Shown here piece after piece: positions 18,862 to 27,099 of a stretch of 64,000 nucleotides of DNA; position 1 is the stretch's first letter, and each line of letters opens with the position of its first letter. The DNA comes from Alphaproteobacteria bacterium (GTDB taxonomy: Bacteria > Pseudomonadota > Alphaproteobacteria > CAAHEQ01 > UBA3637): NCBI GenBank assembly GCA_045613285.1, contig JAZLAQ010000026.1, positions 10,556 through 74,555 on the forward strand, read 5' to 3'. The notes beneath the pieces are model-generated. The model was given only the letters and a program-made list of their open reading frames with translations. It did not search any database and was not told the DNA's origin. Position numbers and translations under genes: made by a program.

Positions 18862-21030
18862 ATGGATAAAAATATAAAAAATACAATACAGAATAAACAA
18901 ACGACGACCGAATCCGGTCGGAGTATGGTGGAAATGCTGGGTGTACTGGCAGTTGTTGGGTTTTTATCTGTTGGGGGAATTGTAGGTTATACCCATGCAA
19001 TGAACAAATATCATGCCAATGAGATTGTTAGCGAAGTATCTATGATGGCAGTAACGGCATCGCAAGGATTGTTGCTAAACGGTGATTTTACATTAGATGA
19101 ATATGGTGATGAGGTTGCCGGTTATTCGTATGACTACAACGTTGATTTTGGCGGAACAGAAGATCGTTTCAGTATTACGGTTCAGGGTGTAGAAGACGGT
19201 GTATGTGAAAACATAAAGAATATGAACTTCAGTGCATTAAATCAAATTCTTGTCAATGGGACAGCAGACGGAGATTGCACTGATCCCAGTGATGTCGAGT
19301 TTGTCTTTTATGATGATTTTGGCGATTCTTATGAAGGAGAAAACGGTGAAGGAGAAGGAGAACAGCACCTTTCTTGTAATGAAGAACGATGTATGACTTG
19401 CCCAGCTGGAAAAGAAATTTCATGTAAAGATGATTTTAGCGATTGTGCATGTGCAACGAATCCGGAAGATCCAGACAGTTGGGCATGTTATTATATGGAT
19501 TCAGGAAAGAAGAACTGTATTGAATGTCCAGAAGGACAAAAAGTAGTTTTTGATTATGGAAAAGGTTATTGTGTTGATTCTGAGGTAAATGCAAAAGTAT
19601 GTTACGGAGAAATATGCGAGTGTTCAGAGGATGAAACACCTGTTTGTGTAAAGGATGGTTGTGCTTGTGCAAAAGAAAATGAAACAGTTGAGTGTAACCA
19701 TCGAGGATGTATTGTTTGTCCTGAAGGAGAAACACCAAAATGTCCAGCAACGATTGGGAATGAAATAGGTTGCGCATGTATACCACATGTAGAAGATGAA
19801 ACGACTTGGACATGTCGGAGACGTGCATGTATTGGGTGTCAGAAAGGTGAAACACCAATGTGCCCCGAATATGGAGACGGGGAAGAAGCTTGCACCTGTA
19901 TTAAAGCGGGGGAAGAGTGGACGTGTAGTATTAATTATTGTCTGAGTTGTCCAGAAGGGTTCACTCCTCAAGGAGTTCCTGGTTGGGGAAATACCCCTTT
20001 TGTTTGTGTAGATAAGACTAAACCAGATAGTTGGGCATGTGGTGGGTCAGAGTGTATCTCGTGCAATGAAGGTGAAAAACCATTGTGTGGCTCGACCTGT
20101 GTCTGTGTTCCGGATGGTGTTTCTGCTGCATGTAATAGAGGAAACTGTATTACTTGTCCGGTTGGGAAAAAAGCTGTCTGTGGTGATGATGCAGATTTAG
20201 AATATAGTCTTAATTGTTCTTGTATTGATGAAAGTTCTTCTAGTTGGGCGTGCAGTGAAGAAAAGTGTATTGGGTGCCCTGAAGGAAAAATAGCGCATTG
20301 TGATGGATACTCCTGTGTTTGTCTTTCTGAGGAGGCAAAGGAAAATGAGGATTGGGCTTGTAGTGGCTATTCTTGTATTGTCTGCCCCGAAGGGAAGACC
20401 GCCAAGTGTCCTGAATGGGGTGGGTATGAAAACGCCTGTGTTTGTCTTTCTGAGGGGGCAAAGGAAAATGAGGATTGGGCTTGTAATGATAACGTATGTA
20501 TTGAATGTCCTGAAGGTAAAAAAGCTATGTGTTCTGATTATGGGGATGATGAAAGTGCTTGTGTCTGTATATCAGCTAATGCTGTAAAAGGTGAAGATTG
20601 GAATTGTAGTGAAAGTAACTGCGTTACCTGTTCTAATGGGACAATTGCAATATGTGGAGATTATACTTGTAAATGCATTATTGATACTGGAAATGAGGAC
20701 AGTTGGGCATGTAGTTCAGAAGAGTGTATCGAGTGCCCTGAAGGGAAGATACCAAAGTGTTCTGATTGGGGAAATTGTATCTGTATTTCAAAAGATTCTG
20801 AGGAAGGAAGAGATTTCTTATGTGCTCCAGATATGTGTGTCAGCTGTACCAACGGAAAAAAACCGGTATGTGCCGATGATTATGATGGTTATGATACCTG
20901 CATCTGTGTTACCGATATAGATGACGAGGATAGTTGGGAATGTAATTCTGCCGACTGTATTGATTGCCCCGGTGGATATGCAAGATGTCCGAGTAACTAC
21001 GGTGGTTACGGTGATTGTTATTGTACGTAA
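18862..21030 (+). CDS. Giant type IV pilin-like protein with cysteine-rich repeat C-terminal domain (pilin-like adhesin candidate 1)
   Basis: Leader MDKNIKNTIQNKQTTTESG, then cleavage-site G|RSMVEML with Glu at +5 and a hydrophobic helix (GVLAVVGFLSVGGIVGY). A ~130-aa pilin-like globular region follows, then about 14 Cys-rich ~40-aa modules (WAC..C..CPEGK..C..C.C) that include near-identical 123-bp tandem copies. An RBS is present upstream. Confidence 0.75.
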   Translation: MDKNIKNTIQNKQTTTESGRSMVEMLGVLAVVGFLSVGGIVGYTHAMNKYHANEIVSEVSMMAVTASQGLLLNGDFTLDEYGDEVAGYSYDYNVDFGGTEDRFSITVQGVEDGVCENIKNMNFSALNQILVNGTADGDCTDPSDVEFVFYDDFGDSYEGENGEGEGEQHLSCNEERCMTCPAGKEISCKDDFSDCACATNPEDPDSWACYYMDSGKKNCIECPEGQKVVFDYGKGYCVDSEVNAKVCYGEICECSEDETPVCVKDGCACAKENETVECNHRGCIVCPEGETPKCPATIGNEIGCACIPHVEDETTWTCRRRACIGCQKGETPMCPEYGDGEEACTCIKAGEEWTCSINYCLSCPEGFTPQGVPGWGNTPFVCVDKTKPDSWACGGSECISCNEGEKPLCGSTCVCVPDGVSAACNRGNCITCPVGKKAVCGDDADLEYSLNCSCIDESSSSWACSEEKCIGCPEGKIAHCDGYSCVCLSEEAKENEDWACSGYSCIVCPEGKTAKCPEWGGYENACVCLSEGAKENEDWACNDNVCIECPEGKKAMCSDYGDDESACVCISANAVKGEDWNCSESNCVTCSNGTIAICGDYTCKCIIDTGNEDSWACSSEECIECPEGKIPKCSDWGNCICISKDSEEGRDFLCAPDMCVSCTNGKKPVCADDYDGYDTCICVTDIDDEDSWECNSADCIDCPGGYARCPSNYGGYGDCYCT

Positions 21031-21037
21031 GTTCCTG

Positions 21038-21070
21038 ATATCCCCCGCCTTGTGTGGGGGATATTTATAA
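21038..21070 (+). terminator. Hairpin terminator after pilin-like gene 1
   Basis: 9-bp stem atatccccc/gggggatat with a 9-nt loop, followed by an A/T-rich tail. The U-run is weak. Confidence 0.45.
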
Positions 21071-21127
21071 GGTTGGGGTATACGGACCTTATCCGCTGGT
21101 TTTCCCCATTCAGTTGGAAATAGTAAG

Positions 21128-21540
21128 TTGATTTTCATGTGTTTACTGCATCCTCGGGTTAAGTCCGAGGATGACAGACCGTATAAATGTCATTGCGAAC
21201 GCAGTGTGGTAATACCCTTTAGTCATTGCGAGGGCTGTAGCCCGTGGCAATCTTTGGAAAATACAGCGTTGGCGTCAAGAGATTACTTCGTCATTACATT
21301 CCTCGTAATGACGGTTGAAGTTAAGAGATTACTTCGTCGTTGCACTCCTCGTAATGACGGTGAAGTTAAGAGATTATTTCGTCGTTGCACTCCTCGTAAT
21401 GACGATTAAGGTTAAGAGATTACGTCGTCGTTATACTCCTCGTAATGACGATTAAGGTTAGGAGATTACTTCGTCGTTATACTCCTTGTAATGACGGTAA
21501 ATATACATCGTCATTGCGAACGCAGTGTGGCAATCTCGTA
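21128..21540. repeat. Array of a structured repeat family: five tandem ~45-bp units (aagagattacttcgtcgttgcactcctcgtaatgacgg...) bracketed by ~24-bp direct repeats (gtcattgcgaacgcagtgtgg.aat)
   Basis: The units start near 21277, 21323, 21367, 21414 and 21459. Flanking direct repeats lie at 21189-21214 and 21508-21538. An internal palindromic element is agcccgtggcaatc. The same motif family recurs after pilin-like gene 2. Confidence 0.8.
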
Positions 21541-21572
21541 AAAGGGCACTGTTTTCTATTTTGAGTTTTCTC

Positions 21573-22127
21573 TTACTTTTCCAGTCGGTCTAAAATATAA
21601 TGGTAGGCTTCATTAAGCTTTTTAAACCGGCGTTCGGCTTCCTTGTCACCTTTATTGACATCCGGATGACATTTTTTTGCCAGTATTTTAAAACGCTTTT
21701 TGACTTCGCTGATTGTAAACGGTGGGGTAATCCCCATTAAATCTAATGCTGTTTGCATTTTCTTTTCAAATTGAGGAGCTTTCGGTGGTGGGTTGTATTT
21801 ACCGTCCATTCCCAGACCGACATCTTCCCTGACATTAAAATAATCTTTTATTTTCGGGTCTGTTTTTACACCCCCATGTCCCAGTTTCCATGTTGGCCGT
21901 TGCCAAGTGGTGTCGTTTTGTAGGTGCTCTTCTATTTCTTCGGCAGATAAGCCCTGTAAAAAATTCCAATTTTTATTGTATTCTTTTACATGCTTTAAAC
22001 AAAAATAGTAGTAATCCTGTAGATTTCTATCCTTTGGTGCCCGATATTCACCCGCTTCTTCACAATTCGGATGATCACATTTACGGGTTGTTTGGGGTTT
22101 TGTGTTCTTTTTTTGTCTTAATCTCAT
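21573..22127 (-). CDS. J-domain protein with N-terminal Cys/His-containing domain
   Basis: The C-terminal J domain carries the HPD motif (KKCHPDVNKGDKEAERRFKKLNEAYHYI). The N-terminus has CDHPNCEE...FCLKH. Confidence 0.7.
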   Translation of the reverse strand: MRLRQKKNTKPQTTRKCDHPNCEEAGEYRAPKDRNLQDYYYFCLKHVKEYNKNWNFLQGLSAEEIEEHLQNDTTWQRPTWKLGHGGVKTDPKIKDYFNVREDVGLGMDGKYNPPPKAPQFEKKMQTALDLMGITPPFTISEVKKRFKILAKKCHPDVNKGDKEAERRFKKLNEAYHYILDRLEK

Positions 22128-22366
22128 CGAAAAAAATATCTAAAAAGTTTTCAGCCAAGAAAAAACTATATAAAATATTCAGTCAAAAGTCAAGAAAAAA
22201 GAAACAATCATCCTTGTAACAGTCGAAAGTATAGTTTATTTTTTATTTAAAAACAAATAATTATAATTTTTTGTCAAAAATAATGTTTTTTTTCTTGCGG
22301 GGGGCTTTCAAAATAAAAAAAAGTGTGATATAATGCCTCTATCATCAGAAATAAGGAGAACATGAT

Positions 22367-22882
22367 ATGTCAAAAGACTACACATTTAATCCTGGAGATT
22401 TTGTGGTTTATCCCGCACATGGCGTCGGGCAAGTTAAAGAAATTCAACAAACGGCTGTTGCCGGACAAAGTCTGGATTTAATTGCTATTAATTTTAATAA
22501 AGATAAAATGATGTTGCGTATTCCGTTAAATAATGCCCGCAAAAGTGGATTGCGTCAGATATCGCATGCCTCGGTTATGGCAGATGCTATTACAACGTTG
22601 CAAGGAAAAGCAAAGGCTAAACGGGGACAATGGAGTAAACGGTCTCAAGAATATATGTCTAAAATTAATTCCGGTGATCCGATCTCTGTTGCAGAAGTTG
22701 TTCGGGATTTATATAAGGATCCGATAAATTCGGAACAAACTTACAGTGAACGGCAAATATATGATTTTGCTATGAGTCGTTTGTCTTCTGAATATGCTGC
22801 CGTTCATGCTATTCAGGAAAAAGAAGCTCAATCCCAGATTGAATCTATCTTGCGTAGCAAATCTGTGAAAAGTGATGTATAA
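22367..22882 (+). CDS. CarD/CdnL family transcriptional regulator
   Basis: The N-terminus FNPGDFVVYPAHGVGQVKEI is the RNAP-interacting domain typical of CarD_CdnL. Length is 171 aa. Confidence 0.8.
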   Translation: MSKDYTFNPGDFVVYPAHGVGQVKEIQQTAVAGQSLDLIAINFNKDKMMLRIPLNNARKSGLRQISHASVMADAITTLQGKAKAKRGQWSKRSQEYMSKINSGDPISVAEVVRDLYKDPINSEQTYSERQIYDFAMSRLSSEYAAVHAIQEKEAQSQIESILRSKSVKSDV

Positions 22883-23171
22883 GACAGCTTTATTTGCATC
22901 TTTATTTTTTATTTTTTCTTTAACCGCTTGTTCGGAGTTTCGTCCGTTTATTGATACCAGACGAGAGGCTGGTATGGTTCAGCCTGTGGGGCAATCAAGG
23001 CCTGACAGAATAGCGGTGTGTTATAATCCGGTTTGGGATAATGAATCCGACTATGAGGGATTGGCCCGTCAAGCCTGTGCAGAACAAGGGAAAATAGCTG
23101 TTTATGATACAACGGCTTATTTTAACTGTCGTTTGTTGTTGCCGAATACAGCTTTTTATCGCTGCCAATAG
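22872..23171 (+). CDS. Small lipoprotein (hypothetical)
   Basis: Signal peptide with lipobox LTAC; 99 aa. Confidence 0.45.
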   Translation: MMYKTALFASLFFIFSLTACSEFRPFIDTRREAGMVQPVGQSRPDRIAVCYNPVWDNESDYEGLARQACAEQGKIAVYDTTAYFNCRLLLPNTAFYRCQ

Positions 23172-23172
23172 T

Positions 23173-23763
23173 TTATTTATAGCACCAAATCGGTATATTC
23201 ATCATATTCAGGCATCCGTTTTTAGGATGAATTTTTGTTGATAAGGTGCTGTCCTTTAAAAAAGTGCTCAACAAAAAATAGTCTGAAAAATTTTTTCGAA
23301 TATAGGTTTTAAGACCTTTTGTCTCTATACTTATTAAACCACTTTCATTTTTTAAGTTCAGAGTGCCAGCTGCCTGAAAAGTCAATTGTAAAATTTGACC
23401 GGACAGTTGTCGAATCTGTATTTCATCCGGATATAGTTTTATATCCGCCGTCAGAGGATTTTTAGTGAAACTTTTTATCTGCACGCTTGGAGGGAGTAAA
23501 GAAAATTTTAAATAAAAATTACCTAATAAAATAGGTTGTATCTGTTTTAAAGTTACATTTTGCAAGGTAAAGTGAAACGGATTGAGTCCAGTTGTTATCT
23601 TTTCAATGTGAATGGGTATGTTGTGTTGATTTAGCTCTGTTTCTAGTCTATGTCTAACCCAGTATTGAATACCATACAATGTTAAACAAAATAAAATAAA
23701 AATAGTGCATAAGATAATCAAAGTTTTTTTATGTTTTTTTGTCATTTGGGTAGTATAGTACAA
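23173..23763 (-). CDS. Membrane-anchored hypothetical protein
   Basis: 196 aa with a single N-terminal TM (TLIILCTIFILFCLTLYGIQYW). Confidence 0.4.
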   Translation of the reverse strand: MYYTTQMTKKHKKTLIILCTIFILFCLTLYGIQYWVRHRLETELNQHNIPIHIEKITTGLNPFHFTLQNVTLKQIQPILLGNFYLKFSLLPPSVQIKSFTKNPLTADIKLYPDEIQIRQLSGQILQLTFQAAGTLNLKNESGLISIETKGLKTYIRKNFSDYFLLSTFLKDSTLSTKIHPKNGCLNMMNIPIWCYK

Positions 23764-23816
23764 AATGTTTTTCTTGACAAGTCAGAAAAAAAGGAGTATA
23801 AACAAATTTATTCTTT

Positions 23817-23892
23817 GGGGCTGTAGCTCAGCTGGGAGAGCGCTGCGTTCGCAATGCAGAGGCCAGGGGTTCAATCCCCCTCAGCTCCACCA
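23817..23892 (+). tRNA. tRNA-Ala (anticodon CGC as read)
   Basis: Clover-leaf read by eye: acceptor GGGGCTG/CAGCTCC, D-arm GCTC-AGCTGGGA-GAGC, anticodon stem-loop CTGCG-TTCGCAA-TGCAG, T-arm AGGGG-TTCAATC-CCCCT, then ACCA. A G3:U70 pair, the Ala identity element, is present. Confidence 0.85.
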
Positions 23893-23921
23893 AAATCACC
23901 TTTTTATGGGTGATTTTTTTT
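23893..23921 (+). terminator. Terminator after tRNA-Ala
   Basis: aaatcacc-tttttatg-ggtgattt hairpin followed by T8. Confidence 0.65.
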
Positions 23922-24364
23922 GTTTCTGAATTTTAAAAAATAAAAAACTTGACAAAAATAATAAGAGGTGATAAAATACATTCGGTTTAAATTAAAAGGG
24001 GAGAAAGTGACATGGCTGAAACACCTGAAAATGAATTTGGTGACAGAATTGGTAAAACCGAAATTTGCCAAGGTATTTTGATTTGGAGCGGATTGATTGT
24101 ATGGGCTGTGTGTGCCTGCTTGCGTGGTTGTCAGGAAAAAACTGAAAAGAAAGAAAGCACTATTCAGAAAAATCAAACGGTCGAACAAGTGAAAAAGATT
24201 GTCGAGACTAATCGGGTGTCTTATATCGACTTAACACAAAGACAGAGATAAGTTTTACCATTATTAAAATCATTTAGAAGCTTTTCTCTATATGGATAAG
24301 ACTGGTGAAATTTTTTTAACAGAATAATGTTTTGATATTATATCACGGGCTGGATTTATCTTTC

Positions 24365-25051
24365 TTATAGTTCGCGGATATTTCTTTGGGTAAACAGACG
24401 GAAAAGTAAACCAATAACTCTGATCGTAACGGAGTAAATTATATGTGCAAAAAATACAAAAAACAGACCAAAAATAATGGGGTCTTTTTGTAATTTTTTT
24501 GGGATGTAATCCACTAAATTATGCTCGGATAAAAAACGGTATATTAAATCAGGTCGAAACATACCCAGATAAGTTGTACCGAGGAAGAAAACAATTCCGA
24601 TCACAGACGTAATAAAATTCTTTTTTTTCTGTTTTTTTATGGTTTTTTGTGTTTCACTTATCGGAAACTCGGCTGAAGTCGTTAGTTTTTCCGATATTAA
24701 TATATCTTCAAACTTGTCTGAATTCATAACACCGGCTGCATATAGGACAAATGAAACAATACAGCAAAGAAAGGTGGTAGAAATATTTAAAGACGACATC
24801 AGTTGTTTTATTGCCAATAAAATAAAGAATACTGCAGCAATATACATAATGATGGTTAATTGTCTGATTTCTTTGTCCGGCAATACCATATTCCTGTCAT
24901 CTTCATCTTTAAAGCGGAGGGAAATATTGTTTTTTTGACATTCCTTTTTTATCAGTGATGACAGTTTTTCATGAAGTTTTTTCAGTTTTGGAAAACAGGA
25001 TAATAGTTTTCCCCCTTTTTGATACATCCAAATTTCCCAATTTTGTTTCAT
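24365..25051 (-). CDS. Hypothetical multi-pass membrane protein
   Basis: 228 aa with about 4 hydrophobic segments. It lies in an AT-rich region between tRNA-Ala and tRNA-Met. Confidence 0.35.
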   Translation of the reverse strand: MKQNWEIWMYQKGGKLLSCFPKLKKLHEKLSSLIKKECQKNNISLRFKDEDDRNMVLPDKEIRQLTIIMYIAAVFFILLAIKQLMSSLNISTTFLCCIVSFVLYAAGVMNSDKFEDILISEKLTTSAEFPISETQKTIKKQKKKNFITSVIGIVFFLGTTYLGMFRPDLIYRFLSEHNLVDYIPKKLQKDPIIFGLFFVFFAHIIYSVTIRVIGLLFRLFTQRNIREL

Positions 25052-25509
25052 TTTTTTTCTTTCATTTCAATTAGTAGTTAGTATATTTATGATAATATCT
25101 AACATTTTATTAAAAATCAATAGAAATATTCTTTTATAAAAAAATAAGGTATGAAAATAAATCGAAAAATGGTGAATAGGGGTTTATCTGCTTACATGGT
25201 TAGCCATATTAGAAAGATACAAATCCAAGTAAAAGATATGAATAAAACAAAAAACAAAATACATGTTTTTTGAAAATAATTTGCAGTTTTCCACCTTATT
25301 CCTTTGTCGAAGAGATAAGGTATATAGTGATGTATAAATAACACAAAAGGAACTATATAAAGTATTGCTTCAAATGCAGTTAGCGCAAAAGTAAGGATAA
25401 GATAGATAGGTATATACAAAAAATACATAATAATAGGCATAATAAAATTATATACAAATTTTATTTATGAGTCAAGAATAAATTTCTATTTCTAACGACT
25501 TGTGTTTTT

Positions 25510-25529
25510 TGGTTGCAGGGGTGGGATTT
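25510..25529 (-). repeat. 20-bp direct duplicate of the 3' end of the downstream tRNA-Met gene (tggttgcaggggtgggattt), an att-site-like scar
   Basis: It is identical to 25673-25692, the 3' terminal 20 nt of tRNA-Met including CCA. The two copies are 143 bp apart. Confidence 0.7.
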
Positions 25530-25672
25530 ATTCGCGCAAAAGCGCTCACCCTACGGGCTGTTTCGCATTGCTCAACATTGCCTACATTTCATTTCGGCCG
25601 AACCAGTGGTTCATTCACCTCACCCCCCGATCATAAACAAACACGCCCCGATAAACGGGACGTTTTCCTTTA

Positions 25673-25750
25673 TGGTTGCAGGGGTGGGATTTGAACCACA
25701 CGACCTCCAGGTTATGAGCCTGGCAAGCTACCGGACTGCTCTACCCTGCG
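25673..25750 (-). tRNA. tRNA-Met (anticodon CAT), probably initiator type
   Basis: The minus strand reads CGCAGGG-TA-GAGC-AGTCCGGTA-GCTT-G-CCAGG-CTCATAA-CCTGG-AGGTC-...TTCAAAT...-CCCTGCA-ACCA. It aligns almost position-for-position with E. coli tRNA-fMet, including the unpaired C1:A72. Confidence 0.8.
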
Positions 25751-25877
25751 ATAAGAACGAACATATAATATACTTTTTTATTTCGTTTGTCAAGACATTC
25801 TTTCTTCTTTTTTTATTTTTTTGTTTTTGGATATGAAAAACGGGCCGATAAACAGCCCGTTTCGGAAGCAAAACTTG

Positions 25878-26948
25878 TTAGGCGGTTCGGGTGTCTTCAT
25901 GTTGACGGAACAGCGGATTGACTTGTTCTTTCCCGTTTTCACCCCGAGCCCGATTCAAATTTGCCCGATCTTGTGATAACGAATCTTGATCGGCACGGTA
26001 ACGGTTTGTCTGGTCCTGAACACGACTGATACGTTCTTTTAATCCGGCGGTGGAAATTGCTTGTCCCACAATCGGATCGTTTAAAGAAGCATTTTTAATC
26101 ATATCCATTGTGTTGGCGCCCGTCAAGGCTTTTAAACCGTTTTTAACAAAGGTATCAAATTCGCCACTGGTGATTTCACGATTTCCGCACATGGAAGATA
26201 AAATCGCCCGATAGGTATTTTTAACCAGACTATCCGTCTGCATTACCCGTAATGCATCGCGACGTGTTTCCTTTGTAATCGGTTTACCCATGTGTTTTGC
26301 CATTTGCGGATGATCCGCAAGACAGGTCCACATTGCCATGTCTTTATGGGCACCAGTGACACCTAAGTCTTTATCAAAGGTGGCTACACGTTCGTTATAA
26401 GTGTCGTTAATACGTTTTTTTTCGGCTTGATTGTGTTTTAGTTTATTGGCAATTAAGTCTAACGGAAGTTCAAACATTGCCCAAAACATATTTTCGGCAA
26501 TTTGATCGGCAGAACCGCCTTTTAATGCATTGTCAATGGAAGATTCAACTGTTCCCCAGAATCCTTTTTCAACCGCTGGATCCAAATAACTTTTCTTTTT
26601 CGGTTTAAATGAATCGGCCGATATCATTACGGGGGCCTGAGGTTGTTCTTGTGTTTGTTCTTGTTCGGGGGCAGGGGCTTCAACTTGTTCGTCTGGTTGT
26701 TCCTGTTCAGCTGTGGAAGCGTCATTCATAACTTCTTCCAGTGGTTTGTCACCAATATTTGTCTGGCCACTTTCAGAGACATCATCCGTGTGGTCGTTAT
26801 CTTGGGCAATCTCATCAGCATTATGTGCGTTTTGAGCGACCTCTTCTTGAACTCTTTTTTGATGCTCCATAAACTCTTCTATTTGAGCTTCCGGAGATTG
26901 CATGTCGTTTTGTTCATAGTATTTTTTAGTTTCTTCTGCGTGATCCAT
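25878..26948 (-). CDS. Hypothetical protein with highly acidic, low-complexity N-terminal half
   Basis: 356 aa. The N-terminal ~110 aa are rich in Glu/Gln/Asp/Pro; the C-terminal half looks globular. No recognisable motifs. Confidence 0.45.
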   Translation of the reverse strand: MDHAEETKKYYEQNDMQSPEAQIEEFMEHQKRVQEEVAQNAHNADEIAQDNDHTDDVSESGQTNIGDKPLEEVMNDASTAEQEQPDEQVEAPAPEQEQTQEQPQAPVMISADSFKPKKKSYLDPAVEKGFWGTVESSIDNALKGGSADQIAENMFWAMFELPLDLIANKLKHNQAEKKRINDTYNERVATFDKDLGVTGAHKDMAMWTCLADHPQMAKHMGKPITKETRRDALRVMQTDSLVKNTYRAILSSMCGNREITSGEFDTFVKNGLKALTGANTMDMIKNASLNDPIVGQAISTAGLKERISRVQDQTNRYRADQDSLSQDRANLNRARGENGKEQVNPLFRQHEDTRTA

Positions 26949-27046
26949 AGTATTTCCTCCTGTGTTTTCTATATACTTTCATTATACACCGAAAACATTT
27001 TTTTGTCAAATCTCTTTTTATTTTTTTAAAAATGTGAGAAAAATGT

Positions 27047-27075
27047 TTGACACATTTTAAATCCAAGGTTATACT
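27047..27075 (+). promoter_or_regulatory. Near-consensus sigma70 promoter of pilin-like gene 3 (TTGACA-17-TATACT)
   Basis: -35 at 27047-27052, a 17-nt spacer, -10 at 27070-27075. RBS GGGAG is 8 nt upstream of the ATG at 27100. Confidence 0.6.
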
Positions 27076-27099
27076 GTAAGTATGAAGGGAGAAATTCTT

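Noticed and set aside
21128-21540. CRISPR array
   Set aside because: The ~45-bp and ~125-bp units are contiguous with no unique spacers between them, and no cas genes are nearby. They are tandem structured repeats, not CRISPR.
25500-25836. Plus-strand ORFs 25500..25694 and 25513..25836; also considered a two-piece tmRNA (ssrA) or a second tRNA
   Set aside because: These ORFs run antisense through tRNA-Met and the duplicated tRNA fragment. The upstream fragment has only the last 20 nt of a tRNA (no T-arm 5' half and no GGGG 5' acceptor strand), so it is an att-like scar and not an ssrA acceptor piece.
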